DNA of 64,000 nucleotides from NCBI RefSeq assembly GCF_963921235.1, contig NC_086098.1, positions 3,658,001 to 3,722,000 on the forward strand, in the 5' to 3' direction. Made by a program: the position numbers and the translations under genes. Shown in pieces: positions 37,048 through 49,386 of this stretch (position 1 is its first letter; each line of letters begins with the position of its first letter). The notes beneath the pieces are model-generated. The model ran no database searches. It was not told where the DNA came from and worked only from the letters and a program-made list of their open reading frames with translations. The DNA is from Mobula hypostoma (lineage: Eukaryota).

Positions 37048-37205
37048 AAGCAACACACACAAAATGCTGGAGGATTTGAGCCCTGCTGAAGGGTCTCGGC
37101 CCGAAACGTCGACTGTACTCTTTTCCATACACGCTGTCTGACCTGCTGAGTTCCTCCAGCATTTTGTGTGTGTGTTGCTTTGATTTCCAGCATCTGCAGA
37201 CTTTC
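37048..37205 (+). mobile_element. Short fold-back PLE fragment with hammerhead (core CUGCUGA mutated)
   Basis: CTGCTGAAGGGTCTCGGCCCGAAACGTCGACTG at 37083; inverted arms 37048-37075 and 37151-37180. Confidence 0.75.
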
Positions 37206-37639
37206 TCTTTCCTGTGATATTTATTTAGCTTTTTTTTAACTGAAAGAACCATAATTTAAAAAAATCATTATTCTCAAGTATTTTATTTCAGAATCTTTGG
37301 CAGCTTTCATAAAATAGTTTTTATTGTTTCTTTTGGATTTGGCTTATTTTAAGGATAATGTGAAAGGGGACAAGGTTAGTTTGAGGAGTATTTGAAAAAA
37401 ATGTAATAAATCTATAGAAAACAAAACCAAACCAAAATGCTATCTGCCCACACTAACCGTAATGCTGAAGCATGGAACAGACCCGACCTGCACAGGTTGT
37501 ATTCATCCAGCATTCCAAACTTGGCCAAGATGTCACTTCTGGGATTCGGGTCAGTCGTACTGACAGAGGACAACACAAGCTGGGTGCAGGAGGCCGTTTT
37601 CACAGTGTGTTTGAGGCCTCTTCCAATGTAGACACATAA

Positions 37640-37842
37640 GGCAGCATGGTAGCGTAGTGTTTATAACAACGCTTTTACAGTACGAGCGAATGGGTTCAGT
37701 TCCTGCCACCGTCTGCAAGGAGATTGTACGTTCCCAGTGACCATGTGGGTTTCCTCCCGGTGCTCTGGCTATCTCCCACAGTCCAAAGAGGTACCAGTTG
37801 TAAATTGTAAATCGTCTCGTGAGTAGATTAGGGTTAACATAC
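37640..37842 (+). mobile_element. V-SINE copy (3' tail probably resumes at about 38835-38912 after the CR1)
   Basis: GGCAGCATGGTAGCGTAG head, V-core. Confidence 0.7.
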
Positions 37843-38830
37843 AACATAGAAACATAGAAAACCTACAGTACAATTCAGGCCCTTCAGCCCACAAAGCTGT
37901 GCCGAACATGTCCCTACCTTAGAACTACCTAGGCTTACCCATAGCCCTGTATTTTTCTAAGCTCCATGCAGCCATCCAGGAGTCTCTTAAAAGACCCTAT
38001 CGTATCCACTGCCGGCAACCCAATCCACGCACTCACCACTCTCTGCGTAAAAAACTTACCCCTGACATCTCCTCTGTACCTACTTCCAAGCACCTTAAAC
38101 CTGTGTCCTTTCATTTTAGCCATTTCAGCCCTGGGAAAAAGCCTCTGACTACCCACACGATCAATGCCTCTCATTATCTTGTGCACCTCTATCAGGTCAC
38201 CTCTCATCCTCCTTCGCTCCAAGGAGAAAAGGCCAAGTTTACTCAACCTATCCTCATAAGGCAATCCAGGCAACACCCTTGTAAATCTCCTCTGCACCCT
38301 TTCTATGGCTTCCACATCCTTCCTGTAGTGAGGTGACCAGAACTGAGCACAGTACTCCAAGTGGGGTCTGACCAGGGTCCTATATAGCGGCAACATTACC
38401 TCTGGGCTCCTAAACTCAATCCCATGATTGATGAAGGCCAATGCACCATATGCCTTTTTAACCACAGAGTCAACCTGCGCAGCTGCTTGAGCGTCCTATG
38501 GACTCGGATCCCAAGATCCCTCTGATCCTCCACACTGCCAAGAGTCTTACCATTAATACTATATTTGACCTACCAAAATGAACTATCTCATACTTACCTG
38601 GGTTGAACTCCATCTGCCACTTCCCAGCCCAGTTTTGCATCCTATCAATGTCCCGCTGTAACCTCTGACAGCCCTCCACACTATCCACAACACCCTCAAT
38701 CTTTGTGTTATCAGCAAATTTACTAACCCTTCCCTCCACTTCCTCATCCAGGTCATTTATAAAAATCACGAAGAGTAGGGGCCCAGCACAGATTCCTGAG
38801 GCACACCACTGGTCACCGACCTCCATGCAG
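37843..38830 (-). mobile_element. CR1 RT/3' fragment
   Basis: ORF 37935..38465 RPHLEYCAQFW; same subfamily as 21755. Confidence 0.92.
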
Positions 38831-39636
38831 AGGTCAAAAATTAAGGGTTGCTGGGCAACACGGTTCAAAGGGCCAGAAAGGCTGATTCCAGGCTGTATCT
38901 CAATAAATAAATCTGTAAACAAATCTCTGAAACACAGGTTCCTAAGCAGACTGTCCAGACCGTCTGGCGGGATGACTCTGCCAGATCTCACCAACAGGCA
39001 GCAAGACCTTGCTTGGCAAATGGTGAGAGGGGCCCTCTCAGTCAGATCCTACCCTATGCCTGGAACACACTCGCACTGCATGCTACCCCTGAGAACACTG
39101 TAGAGGGACAAGACAGTCATTGTGGGCTGTGGCTTTGTGAAGAGGGTGTGGAGAGATGTGCGAGGGCCCGTGTCACAGTTCATCTGTAACAGAGGCATGC
39201 TAACACTACATTACCGTGACACCCAATCATTAAATTATACACCAGGGAGTACAAAGGCCTCAGAGAAACAGAAACAGAAACACATCTTGTTGCTCTATAT
39301 CTTTCTTATAAAGAGACACTTTTCACAAGACAACATTATTCGAGGTGCAAGTGCAGTTTGTTTAAATGAAAATCGACTGGAGGTCAATCTCGTGAGACTA
39401 CATCGAATTAAATAATTGACCTGAAACTATTTAGATTTCAGACATTTCTACAAACATGTCACTTGGACTGACATTTACAACCACTGTGCAATTAAAGGCT
39501 ACAGTTTGTATTAACCACCTTCTTTTTGCTAGCGTAAGTGGATAGCTCCTTCAGAGAATTACGAAGTTACACAGTACTAAACGAAGCCCATCACTGAGCT
39601 GGGGCTCCAATTAGCCCCATTCTTCATTTAACTATC

Positions 39637-40178
39637 CACTCAGTCACCACATTAATGCTTATCTCCTTTACCTAATAAAGTGGCCACTCAGTTTGTCTGT
39701 GGTCTTCTACTACTGTAGCCCATCCATGTGTATTGTGTCTGCACACCACTGTTGTAACGTGTGGTTATTTGAGTTACTGTCACCTTCCCGTCAGCTTGAA
39801 CCACTCCAGCCATTCACCCCTGACCTCTCTCATTAACAAGGCATCTTCACCCACAGAACTACTGTTCACTGGATTTTTTTTTTGTTTTTCACACCGTTCT
39901 CTGTAAACTCTAGCGATTGTTGTATGTGAAAATCCTAGGAGATCAGCAGTTTCTGAGATACTCAAAGCATCCCATCTGGCACCAATAACCATTCCACAGT
40001 CCAAGTCACTTAGATCACATTTCTTCCCCATCCTGATGTTTGGTCTGAATAACTACTGAACCTCTTGACCATGTCTACATGCTTTTATGCATTGGGTTTC
40101 TGCCATGTGATTGGCTGATTAGATATCTGCATTAATGAGCAGATGTACAGGTGTACCTTATAAAGTGGCCACTGAGAG
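39637..40178 (-). mobile_element. Tc1-like non-autonomous element with transposase N-terminal HTH remnant
   Basis: ORF 39780..40031 MGKKCDLSD..GMVIGAR..SISETADLLGFSHTTIARVYRE; CACTCAGTGGCCACTTTA-type termini. Confidence 0.8.
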
Positions 40179-40486
40179 TATATATGGCCATTTCCACCAC
40201 CCACACTGGGAATGCATTCGAGATCAGAACAATATGATTTTTAAGCAATCTCCCACTAGATATCCTCATAGTATTTATTTTAATTCATTTCTTCGAATTA
40301 CTAATCCTTCAATAACTCGAGAAGGTTTCCTCACATGGTCATGTAGCTGCAATCGCACAACACGGGCTCACTGGACCATACTGTATCTTGAAATTTAAAA
40401 AATAATAAGTAGTATACATCCAAAGAAGTAAGGGCTTATTCACAAGACAATGCATGAACTAAATACTAAGTGACCAAGATCTTGCC

Positions 40487-40575
40487 GTCGACTATATGCT
40501 GCCTGGCCTGCTGAGCTCCTCCAGCATTTTGTGAGTGTTGCTCAGATTTCCAGCATCTGCAGATTTTCTCTCATT
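40487..40575 (+). mobile_element. PLE pLTR fragment
   Basis: ATGCTGCCTGGCCTGCTGAGCTCCTCCAGCATTTTG..CCAGCATCTGCAGA. Confidence 0.7.
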
Positions 40576-41209
40576 TGAAATCTTGCCATGTACTGAATGC
40601 CAGAGGAACTGTCTGTGGCAATAATACATTGGGAAAAGCAGGTACAGCTACACACACGACTCAGTTGCCCAATAAAATCACAATATACCGTAAACACAGT
40701 CATATATCTGTCTATCTCTCTGCCTTTCTCTCTATTTACCTATCTAGCTTTTAATTGAGATCCGGGCATCATAGGCAAGGCAATTATTTCTTGAGCAACA
40801 CACACAAAGTGCTGGAGAAACTCAGTAGGTCAATCAACATCTATGGAAAGGAATGGACAGTTGACATTTCTGGTCAACACTCTTCAATCAAGACCCTTTC
40901 AGCATCTGCAGAATATCCTGCGACAAGTAAAATGCTTGTCTTACATACTGTTCATACAAATCAAATCATTAATAATAATAAAAAATAAACTAAAAAGACA
41001 ATACTTGAGCCACAGAAGTGCCAGGATGTATGTAATAAGAAAAAGTTCAGCTGCATATCCATGATATTACATGTCACTGCCATCACTAGGTCCTTGACAA
41101 ACAGCATGCTGAGAGTTCACCTTTGACCAGGAACTCAAATGGACCAAGTGGAGATTGACAGGTTTTTGATTAGTAAGGGTTCAAAGAGGTGTTACAGGTG
41201 TTACACTAG

Positions 41210-41430
41210 GGGGCACCATGGTAGTGTACTGATTAGCATAACAGTATTACAGAGGCAGTGATCGGGGTTCAATTCCACCGTTATGTGTAAGGAGTTTGTT
41301 TCCTCTGGGTGCTCCGGTTTCTGCCCGTTGTCCAAAGATGTACCAGTTAATTGGTCACATGGGTGTAATTGGGTTTTGCAGGCTCATTGGGCTAGAAGGG
41401 CTGGTTACTGTGCTGTATCTCTAAATGAAT
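41210..41430 (+). mobile_element. V-SINE copy
   Basis: Head, core and TGTATCTCTAAA tail. Confidence 0.7.
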
Positions 41431-41989
41431 TAAAAATAGATCAAATAGACTTTTTCATCCATGTTAACATACCGTCCAGGTATTGCTACAAGAAGGCAAG
41501 GGTGCTTCGTTTTATCGGTTATTGTAAATGGATCCAAACGTTATGCATTCATCAACAAGTATCCTTACTTGTGGTTGGAAATGTAGCTGACAACATTGCT
41601 GGAGCTAGCTGCCTCTGGAACTCTACCCTGAGGAACTTTTGCAGTGATGTACTAAGGCAAGACTTCTATATCATCTCATCCTATCTGCCTTCTTGAATTC
41701 TTCAGAAGTAGTGGAGCCACCCTCACTTACCTACCCAGCAGTGTACCATTACAAGGAGAAGGCTGAAACTGGTGGATAACTAGTGGATAAGTCATATCCA
41801 TGAAAATCCACTGAATCCGCTAAAGATGGATTGAAATTGGAATGGCAAGCTACTTCAACATGAACCTGTGTTCAAGTTAGACTTACCTGCACTGCACTTT
41901 CTCTGTAACTGTAACACTTTATTCTGCACTCTGTTATTGCTTTAACTGGTACTGTCTTGATGCACCATTGTAATAAAATGATCTGTATT

Positions 41990-42298
41990 GATTAACAGCT
42001 TCCCTTGCCCCATCACTGAACTGTTCTCACAACCTGTGGACTCACTTTCAAGGACGCTTCATCTCGTGTTCTTGACATTTCTTGTTTATTTATTTATTTT
42101 TATTCTTTCTTTTTGTAATTGCACAGCGTGTTGTCTTTTGCGCATTGGTTGTTTGTCTGTCTTACTGTGTGTGGTTTTCCGTTGATTCTATTGTGTTTCT
42201 TGTATTTACTTCAGAGCCTGCAGAAGGATGAATTTCAGGGTTGTATATGGTGACATCTATGTACTTTGATAATAATTTATTTTGAACTTTGAACTTTG
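41990..42298 (+). mobile_element. Rex1-like 3' UTR
   Basis: Same 3' UTR as 1600-1840 and 50310-50520. Confidence 0.65.
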
Positions 42299-43062
42299 TA
42301 AGGACAGCATGCAAGCAAGATTTCACCAAAGTATTCCAAACTAATTTTAATGGAACATGGAAGTTTACAACACAGTACAGGCCCTTCACTCCACAATGCC
42401 AAGCCGACTTTTTAACCTATTCTAAGATCAATCAAACCCTTCCTTACCACATAACCCCCCTATTTGTCTATCATCCATGCACCTCTCTCAGAGTCCCTCA
42501 AATATCCCTAATGTATTTGCCTCTACCACAACCCTGGCAGGGTGTTCCATGCACCCACTACTTTCTGTATAAGTTAACCTACTTCTGACACCTCCCCCAA
42601 TCACCTCAAAATTATGCCCTCTTGTATTTAAAAACGCAAACACGAGGAATTCTGCAGATGCTGGAAATTCAAGAAACACACATCAAAGTTGCTGGTGAAC
42701 ACAGCAGGCCAGGCAGCATCTCTAGGAAGCGGTACAGTCGATGGTTTGGGCCGAGACCCTTCGTCAGGACTAACTGAAGGAAGAGCTAGTAAGAGATTTG
42801 AAAGTGGGAGGGGGAGGGGGAGATCCAAAATGATAGGAGAAGACAGGAGGGGGAGGGATGGAGCCAAGAGCTGGACAGGTGATTGGCAAAAGGGACATGA
42901 GAGGATCATGGGACAGGAGGCCGAGGGAGAGTCCATTCGTCCCCCACATCCCTCCCCACTGATCTCACTCCTGGCACTTATCCTTGTAAGCGGAACAAGT
43001 GCTACACATGCCCTTACACTTCCTCCCTTACCACCATTCAGGGCCCCAGACAGTCCTTCCAG

Positions 43063-43389
43063 GTGAGGCGACACTTCACCTGTGAGTCGACTGGGGTGAT
43101 ATACTGTGTCTGGTGCTCCCAATGTGGCCTTCTATATACTGGCGAGACCCGACGCAGACAGGGAGATCGTTTTGCTGAACAGCTACGCTCTGTCCGCCAG
43201 AGAAAGCAGGATCTCCCAGTGGCCACACATTTTAATTCCACATCCCATTCCCATTCTGATACGTCTATCCACGGCCTCTTCTACCGTAAAGATGCAGCCA
43301 CATTCAGGTTGGAGGAACAACACCTTATATTCCGTCTGGGTAGCCTCCAACCTGATGGCATGAACATTGACTTCTCTAACTTCCGCTAA
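43063..43389 (+). pseudogene. PLE GIY-YIG endonuclease domain (C-terminal part of truncated ORF)
   Basis: FTCESTGVIYCVWCSQCGLLYTGETRRR..PVATHFN..H..EQHLIFRLGSLQPDGMN. Confidence 0.9.
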
Positions 43390-43690
43390 TGCCCCACCTC
43401 CCCCTTGTACCCCATCCGTTATTTATTTATATACACACATTCTTTCTCTCTCTCTCTCCTTTTTCTCCTTCTGTTCCTCTGACTATACCCCTTGCCTATC
43501 CTCTGGGTTTCCCCTCCCTCCCCCTTTTCCTTCTCCCTCGGCCTCCTGTCCCATGATCCTCTCATATCCCTTTTGCCAATCAACTACCCAGCTCTTGGGT
43601 CCATCCCTCCCCCTCCTGTCTTCTCATATCATTTCAGATCTCCCCCTCCCCCTCCCACTTTCAAATCTCTTACTAACTCTTCCATCAGTT

Positions 43691-43726
43691 AGTTCTGATG
43701 AAGGGTCTCAGCCCGAAATGTCGACT
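43691..43726 (+). ncRNA. Minimal hammerhead ribozyme in pLTR
   Basis: AGUU-CUGAUGA-AGGG UCUCAG CCC-GAAA-UG-UC-GACU; helix III palindrome altered. Confidence 0.6.
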
Positions 43727-44547
43727 GTGCCTCTTTCTAGAGATGCTGCCTGGCCTGCTGCGTTCACCAGCAACTTTGATCCCTCTTGTATTTGCCATTT
43801 CCACCCTGCGAAAAAAGTGCTGCCTATCTGCTCAATCATGTCTCTTATCATCTTGTATACCTCTGTCAAGTCATCTCTCACCGAAGAGTAATAGCCAATG
43901 CATTCAACATTCTTAAAAGACATGCTCTCTCATCCAGGCAGCATCCGGGTGAGTATCCTCTGCACTCTCTCTAAAGTTTCCACATCCTTCCTATAAAGGG
44001 GTTTTAGTATAAAAATTTCCATTATAAATTGTGTTGCATTCATTCTTGGTCTCAAATCATGTGGGACAGTTGATGATGGAGCTACTTGTCATGAGTAATC
44101 ACAAAACACACTGCATAAAGTTTAATTCTGTATGTAGTCTTGCATCTACATTTAAAATTAATTGACCTTCCCTGCAGCTCTCTTTCTTTGGTATGTACAA
44201 CTTCCTCTGTGTGTTTTATGCAATGGGTGTACAAATCTCTCAGTGATCTGCGGCTAATTGGGCATGCCTCAGACAACACTTAGGTTTAAAAATGGCTGTT
44301 GTAACAGTTGTGTCATAACATCATTATAGAAATTGTGTGAAATATTTAAGACTTTTATGAAACATCTGGCACTGACCTGGCAGAGCTCTCCCTAGTGAGT
44401 ATTCTTTCTAAGTCTGAACAGCTGCCAGGACTAGATAAATTACCATATTTTTTCTGGACTTTATGGTTTCAGAGCCAAGGTAAAATGATTTAAAGAAAGG
44501 AATCCAATGTTCAGTAACAGGTGGCAAGAAGATAATTGAAAATGTTG

Positions 44548-44822
44548 CACCATGGTAGTGTAGCAGTTAGTGTGACACTGTTACAGCTCTAGCTGTTCCG
44601 AAGTTCAGAGTTCATTTCCAGCGCTTGTACACTCTCTCTGGGGACCACATGGGTTTCCCCTGGGAGCTCTCATTTCCTCTCATAATCCAAAAACGTACCG
44701 ATTAGAAGGTCAATTGTTCATTGTAAAGTGTCCTCTGATTAGGCAAGGGTCAAATACACAGTAGGTGGGTTGCTGAGTTGGGTTGGAAGGGCCTGTTCTG
44801 CCCTGTGTCTCTAAATTAAAAA
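44548..44822 (+). mobile_element. V-SINE copy
   Basis: Head, degenerate core, TCTCTAAATTAAA tail. Confidence 0.65.
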
Positions 44823-45596
44823 TTTAAAGAATAGAATTAGGTGCAGTAGATCATAAATTGAACAGAGATCTGTTCTATCTTTATACTTCGTATATTTCTC
44901 CCAGTCGAAAATCACAGCAATCTGAAAGAAGATGGTGTCAGCAAACAACACTACCAAAGAGACATCCTCATAACAGTTCATAAAGCAACTCCCTTCACTT
45001 CTTCTATGTCTCTTTATTTCAGATGTGTCATCGAGCCGGGTGCAGAGGGCAAGGAAGTATTCAGTACCAGCTTCTCACTCACTGCAGCCAGAGGAGGGGA
45101 TCTGCGTGTGGCTGACCCTCTCTCGCCCTCTCGCTCACTGCTTTCGAGGGAAGACCCTTGTGTTTGAGTGATCTCTCTTTCCTTCCATGCTGTCGGAGGA
45201 TGGTGCCAGAGCAAGGTTTCATCATCACAGTTTGCAGATTTGGGCTCTTAATTCAGCTTCATCATGTGTTCTAGTTCTGATTGCTTTTTTTTTGTTGCTA
45301 CTTTGGGGCAATTTTTGAATCGGGGCGGCCTGCAGATAATGAACACTGAGCTGAACTGAAATATGCCTTTCTGATTTTGTGTTCTACACTCTGTGTTTTC
45401 ACTCATTTTTTGGTGTCATTTGCATGATTTCTTTTGCATGTGGAGGGGAGGGGGGTTTGATGTTTTTCTTTGAATGGGTTGGTTCCATGGTTTTTTGTTC
45501 CAGGACTGACTGTGGTGAATACAAATTTCAGATTTGTATGCTGCATACATGCTTTCATCATAAATGTACTTTGAACTTGAAGTCCAAAATGAACGT

Positions 45597-45748
45597 ACAC
45601 AGTGGTCACATTATTTGGTGCACCTGTATGCCTGCTCAATAATACAAATATCTGATCAGTCAATCACGTGGCAGCAGCTCAATGCACACAAGCATGTAGA
45701 CGTGGTCAAGAGGTTCAGTTGCTGTTCAGACTAAACATCAGAATCAGG
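45597..45748 (+). mobile_element. Tc1-like 5' fragment
   Basis: Homologous to the terminus of the 39637 and 61785 copies. Confidence 0.65.
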
Positions 45749-45789
45749 GTCCTTGACGATAGATGCTGCTTTCCTGTAACAGCGGTCCA

Positions 45790-46215
45790 CGTAGAAGGAT
45801 GTGGAAACTTCATAGAGGATGCGGAGGAGATTTACCAGGATGCTCTCTGGACTAGAGATGTGTCTTATGATCATGGGTTAAGCGAGCTAGGCTTTTTCTT
45901 TTTGGAGTGAAAGAGAATGAGAGGTGACTTGATAGGAGTGTACAAGGTGATATAAGGCATTGATAAAGGGGGCTTTTCACAGGACGGAATGGCTAATACT
46001 GGGGCAAGTATAGGGGGATGTCAGAGGTAAGCTCTTTACACAGAGGGTGGTGGGTGCCAGGCGTAGCGGTAGAGGCAGAGACATTAGGGGAATTTAAGGC
46101 ACTCTTAGATAGGCACATGGATGAAAGTAAAATGGAGGGGTATGTGAGAGGGAAGGGTTAGATTGATGTTGGAGTAGGTTAAAAGACCGACACTACATTG
46201 TGGGCCAATGGGTCT
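45790..46215 (+). mobile_element. Degraded CR1 3' fragment
   Basis: Homologous to 890-1135 and other CR1 3' ends. Confidence 0.7.
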
Positions 46216-46582
46216 GTAGAGTCATAGAACAGTGCAGCAGAGAAACAGTCTCTTCGGCCCATCTAGTCCTTGCTGGGCTATTAATCTGCCGAGTCTCATC
46301 GACCTGCTTCTGGACCAATACCCTCCATACCCCTCCCATTCATGTACTTATCCAAATTTATTTTAATATTGAAATCGGACCAGCGTCCCCCACTTCTGTT
46401 GGCAGCTTGTTCCATATTCTCAACACCCTCTGAGTGAAGTTTCCCCCTCATGTTCCCCTTAAATATTTCACCTTTCACTCTTAACCCATGACCTCTAATT
46501 CTATTCCCACCCAAACTCCGTTGAAAAAGCCAGCTTGCATTTACACTGTCTATGCCCCTCATAATTTTGCAAACCTTTATCC

Positions 46583-47060
46583 CATGATTCCTAGATTGAA
46601 AGGGTTACCATGAGGAACGCTTGATGGCTCTGGGTCTGTACTCGCTGGAACTCAGAAGGACGAGAGGGGATTTCATTGAAAGCTTTCAGACGTTGAAACG
46701 TCTAGACAGAGTAGATGTGGAAAGGATGTTTCCCATGGTGGGAGAGTTTAGGACAAGAGGGCACAGCCTCAGGATAAAGGGATGCCCTTTCAGAACAGAG
46801 ATGCAGAGAAATTTCTTTAGCCAAAGTTGGTGAATTTGTGGAATTTATTGCTACATGCAGCTGTGGAGGCCGGGTCACAGGGTGTACTTAAGGCAGAGCT
46901 TGATAGGTTCTTGATTGGACATGGCATCAAAGGTTACTGGGAGAATGTCGGGAACTGGGGTCGAGGAGGTGAGAAAAAAAGGATGAGCCATGATTGAATG
47001 GCAGAGCAGAATCAATGGGCCAGATGGTCTAATTCCACTCCTACATCTTATGGTCTTTAT
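46583..47060 (+). mobile_element. CR1 3' fragment nested in CR1
   Basis: LGLYSLELRRTRGD..; CTTTATC on both flanks. Confidence 0.85.
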
Positions 47061-48956
47061 CAAATATCCCCCTTCCTCTTACACTATAAGAAATAAAGCC
47101 CTGACCTATTCAACCTTTCCCTATAACTCATGTCCTCATAGGTGACAACAAAGATTCACTCCTAGATGAGCTGAATGCCTTTTCTGCTCACTTTGGTTGT
47201 CAAAACATGGAAGAGCCATCAGGAACTCCACGGCCCCTGATGCCCCTGTAATTTTAGTCTCTGAGGACAACACGAGAGCATCCTTCAGCAGGATGAACCC
47301 GTGGAAAGCATTCAGCCCGGATGCGGTACCTGGCCAAATACAAAAAACCTGTACTAATCACCTGGCTGGGGTGTTCACTAAGATCTTTAACCTCTCACTT
47401 TGGCAGTCTGAGGTGCCCATCTACTTCAACTTGGTAACCTGCCTCAAAGACTTTCGTCCAGTAGCACTTACATCCGCAATGATGAACTGTTTTGGGAGAT
47501 TGGTGATGAAAGGTATCAACTCCTGCCTGGGAAGCAATTTGGATCCTTTCGAGTTTGCCTACTATAGGTCAACAACAGATGTCACTCAATGCTGGAACAG
47601 CTGGACAGTGAAGATACATACTTCAGGATGCCCTTCATTGACAACAGCTCAGTATTCAATACTATCATCCCCTCAAGACTAATCAATAAGTGTCAAGACC
47701 TTGGCCCCAATACCTCCTTGTGCAATTAGATCCTCATTTCCTCACTTACAGACACCAGTCAATTCAGATTGGCAACGGCCTCTCCTCCACAATCTGCATG
47801 AGTACAGGTGCACCTGAAAGCTGTTTGCTCAGCACCCCACCCCCCTGTTCGACTAATTTTACACTTAAGACTGTGTAGCTAAGCACAGCTCCAATGCCAT
47901 ATTCAAGTTTGCTGAAAACACCACTGATGCAGATTGAATCAAAGGTGGTGATGAATCAGCATATAGGAAGGAGATTGAAAATATGGTTGAGTGATACCAC
48001 AACAACAACCTCTTACTCAATGTCAGCAAGACCAAGGAACTTATTATTGACTACAGGAGATGGAACCAGTGATCCATGAGCCAGTCTCCTTCGGGGGATG
48101 AGAGGTGGAGAGAGCCAGCGGTTTAAAATTCCTCAGTATTATTATCGCAGATAATCTGTCCTGGGTCTCACATGTATGTTCCATTACAAAACAAGCACAG
48201 CAGCATCTCTACTTTCTTTGAAGATTGCGAAGATTCGGCATGTCATCTAAAACTTCGACAAATTTCTGTAGATGTGTGGTGGAGAGTATATTGACTGGTT
48301 GCATTACAGCCAATTCTCCTAAAAAAAAAGTAGTTGATATGGCCCAGTCCACCAGGGCTAGAGCCCTTCCCGTTATTGAGCACACCTACATGGAGTGTCA
48401 TCGCAGGAAAGCAGCATCCATCCTCAAGGACCCCCATCACCCAGGTCACTCTCTCTTCTCACTGCTGCCATCAAGAAGTGCCTCAGGACTCACACCACCA
48501 GTTATTACCCCTCAAACATCAGGGATAACTTCACTCGCCCTATTACTGAACTGTCCCTACGACCTACGGATTCACTTTGAAGGCCTCTTCATCTCTTGTT
48601 TTTGATATTTATTGTTTATTTATTTATTCTGGTTGGCTGCTGGTTACCAGTGGTGTTCCACAGGGGTCTGTGTTGGGGCCGCTTCTTCTTACGTTGTACA
48701 TCAACGATTTGGATTATGGAATAGATGGCTTTGTGGCTAAGTTTGCTGATGATACGAAGATAGGTGGAGGGGCCGGTAGTGCTGAGGAAACGGAGAGTCT
48801 GCAGAGAGACTTGGAGAGATTGGGAGAACGGGCAAAGAAGTGGCAAATGAAATACAATGTTGGAAAGTGTATGGTGATGCACCTTGGTAGAAGAATTAAG
48901 CGGGCAGACTATTGTTTAAATGGGGAGAGAATTCAAAGTTCTGAGATGCAACGGGA

Positions 48957-49386
48957 ATCTTCTCCATGGATTGTCACCTTGTCGTGGTGGAGAAGCTTGT
49001 GTGGTCCTGTGATCCCGAGAGCAATGCCGTCTGGAGCTATGCTCCTGGTAGGGTCACCCATGGTGGTAAGGTTGAGGGTGAGGTCCCTGACAAAGAACAA
49101 TTCAACCAACACCTCAACGGTGGAACAGGCGGATGAAGTTACTTCGAACTCAACGGCTGTGAAGGCGGATGAAGGCTACAACAAATCCATCAGCTCCAAT
49201 CGTCGTGGTTTCCATTCCATTGGAATCAGTTGGTTGATTTGTGAAGTATCACGTGCTTCTTGGGAGTGCAACATCAAGTACACGTTAAACAAATACACGC
49301 ACAGGTGTCTTCACTCTGTGGGCCACTTCTTCAGAATGAAGACCATCATCCTTGACCTCGAGGGATAGCCACGATGACAACGACGA
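48957..49386 (+). mobile_element. Short non-autonomous RTE (BovB/Expander-like 5' UTR) element with 5' HDV-like fold and (GAC)n tail
   Basis: Clean interruption of CR1 at ATGCAACGGGA|CTTGGGAG; CCTTGTCGTGGTGGAG..GGAGCTATGCTCCTGGTAGGGTCACCCA resembles RTE 5' UTRs as I recall them; tail GATGACAACGACGAC. Confidence 0.75.
48959..49104 (+). ncRNA. Candidate HDV-like ribozyme
   Basis: P1 CUUCUCC/GGAGAAG; P2 UGGAUUGUC/GAACAAUUCA (one bulge); P3 ACC/GGU; L3 UUGUCGU; J4/2 CAAA with candidate catalytic C49091. Confidence 0.6.

Larger units (their letters stand above)
42630..43780 (+). mobile_element. 5'-truncated Penelope-like element: inverted pLTR, GIY-YIG endonuclease, 3' pLTR
   Basis: 13-bp duplication CCCTCTTGTATTT (42617-42629, 43781-43793); 42630-42930 is the inverse of the 3' pLTR; hammerhead cores in both pLTRs. 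Confidence 0.92.
42355..43995 (-). mobile_element. CR1 3' fragment interrupted by a PLE
   Basis: CR1 sequence is collinear across 42629 and 43781. Confidence 0.75.

Noticed and set aside
48577..49368. 263-aa ORF
   Set aside because: Chance read-through from Rex UTR into CR1 RT and on into the non-coding RTE-type insert
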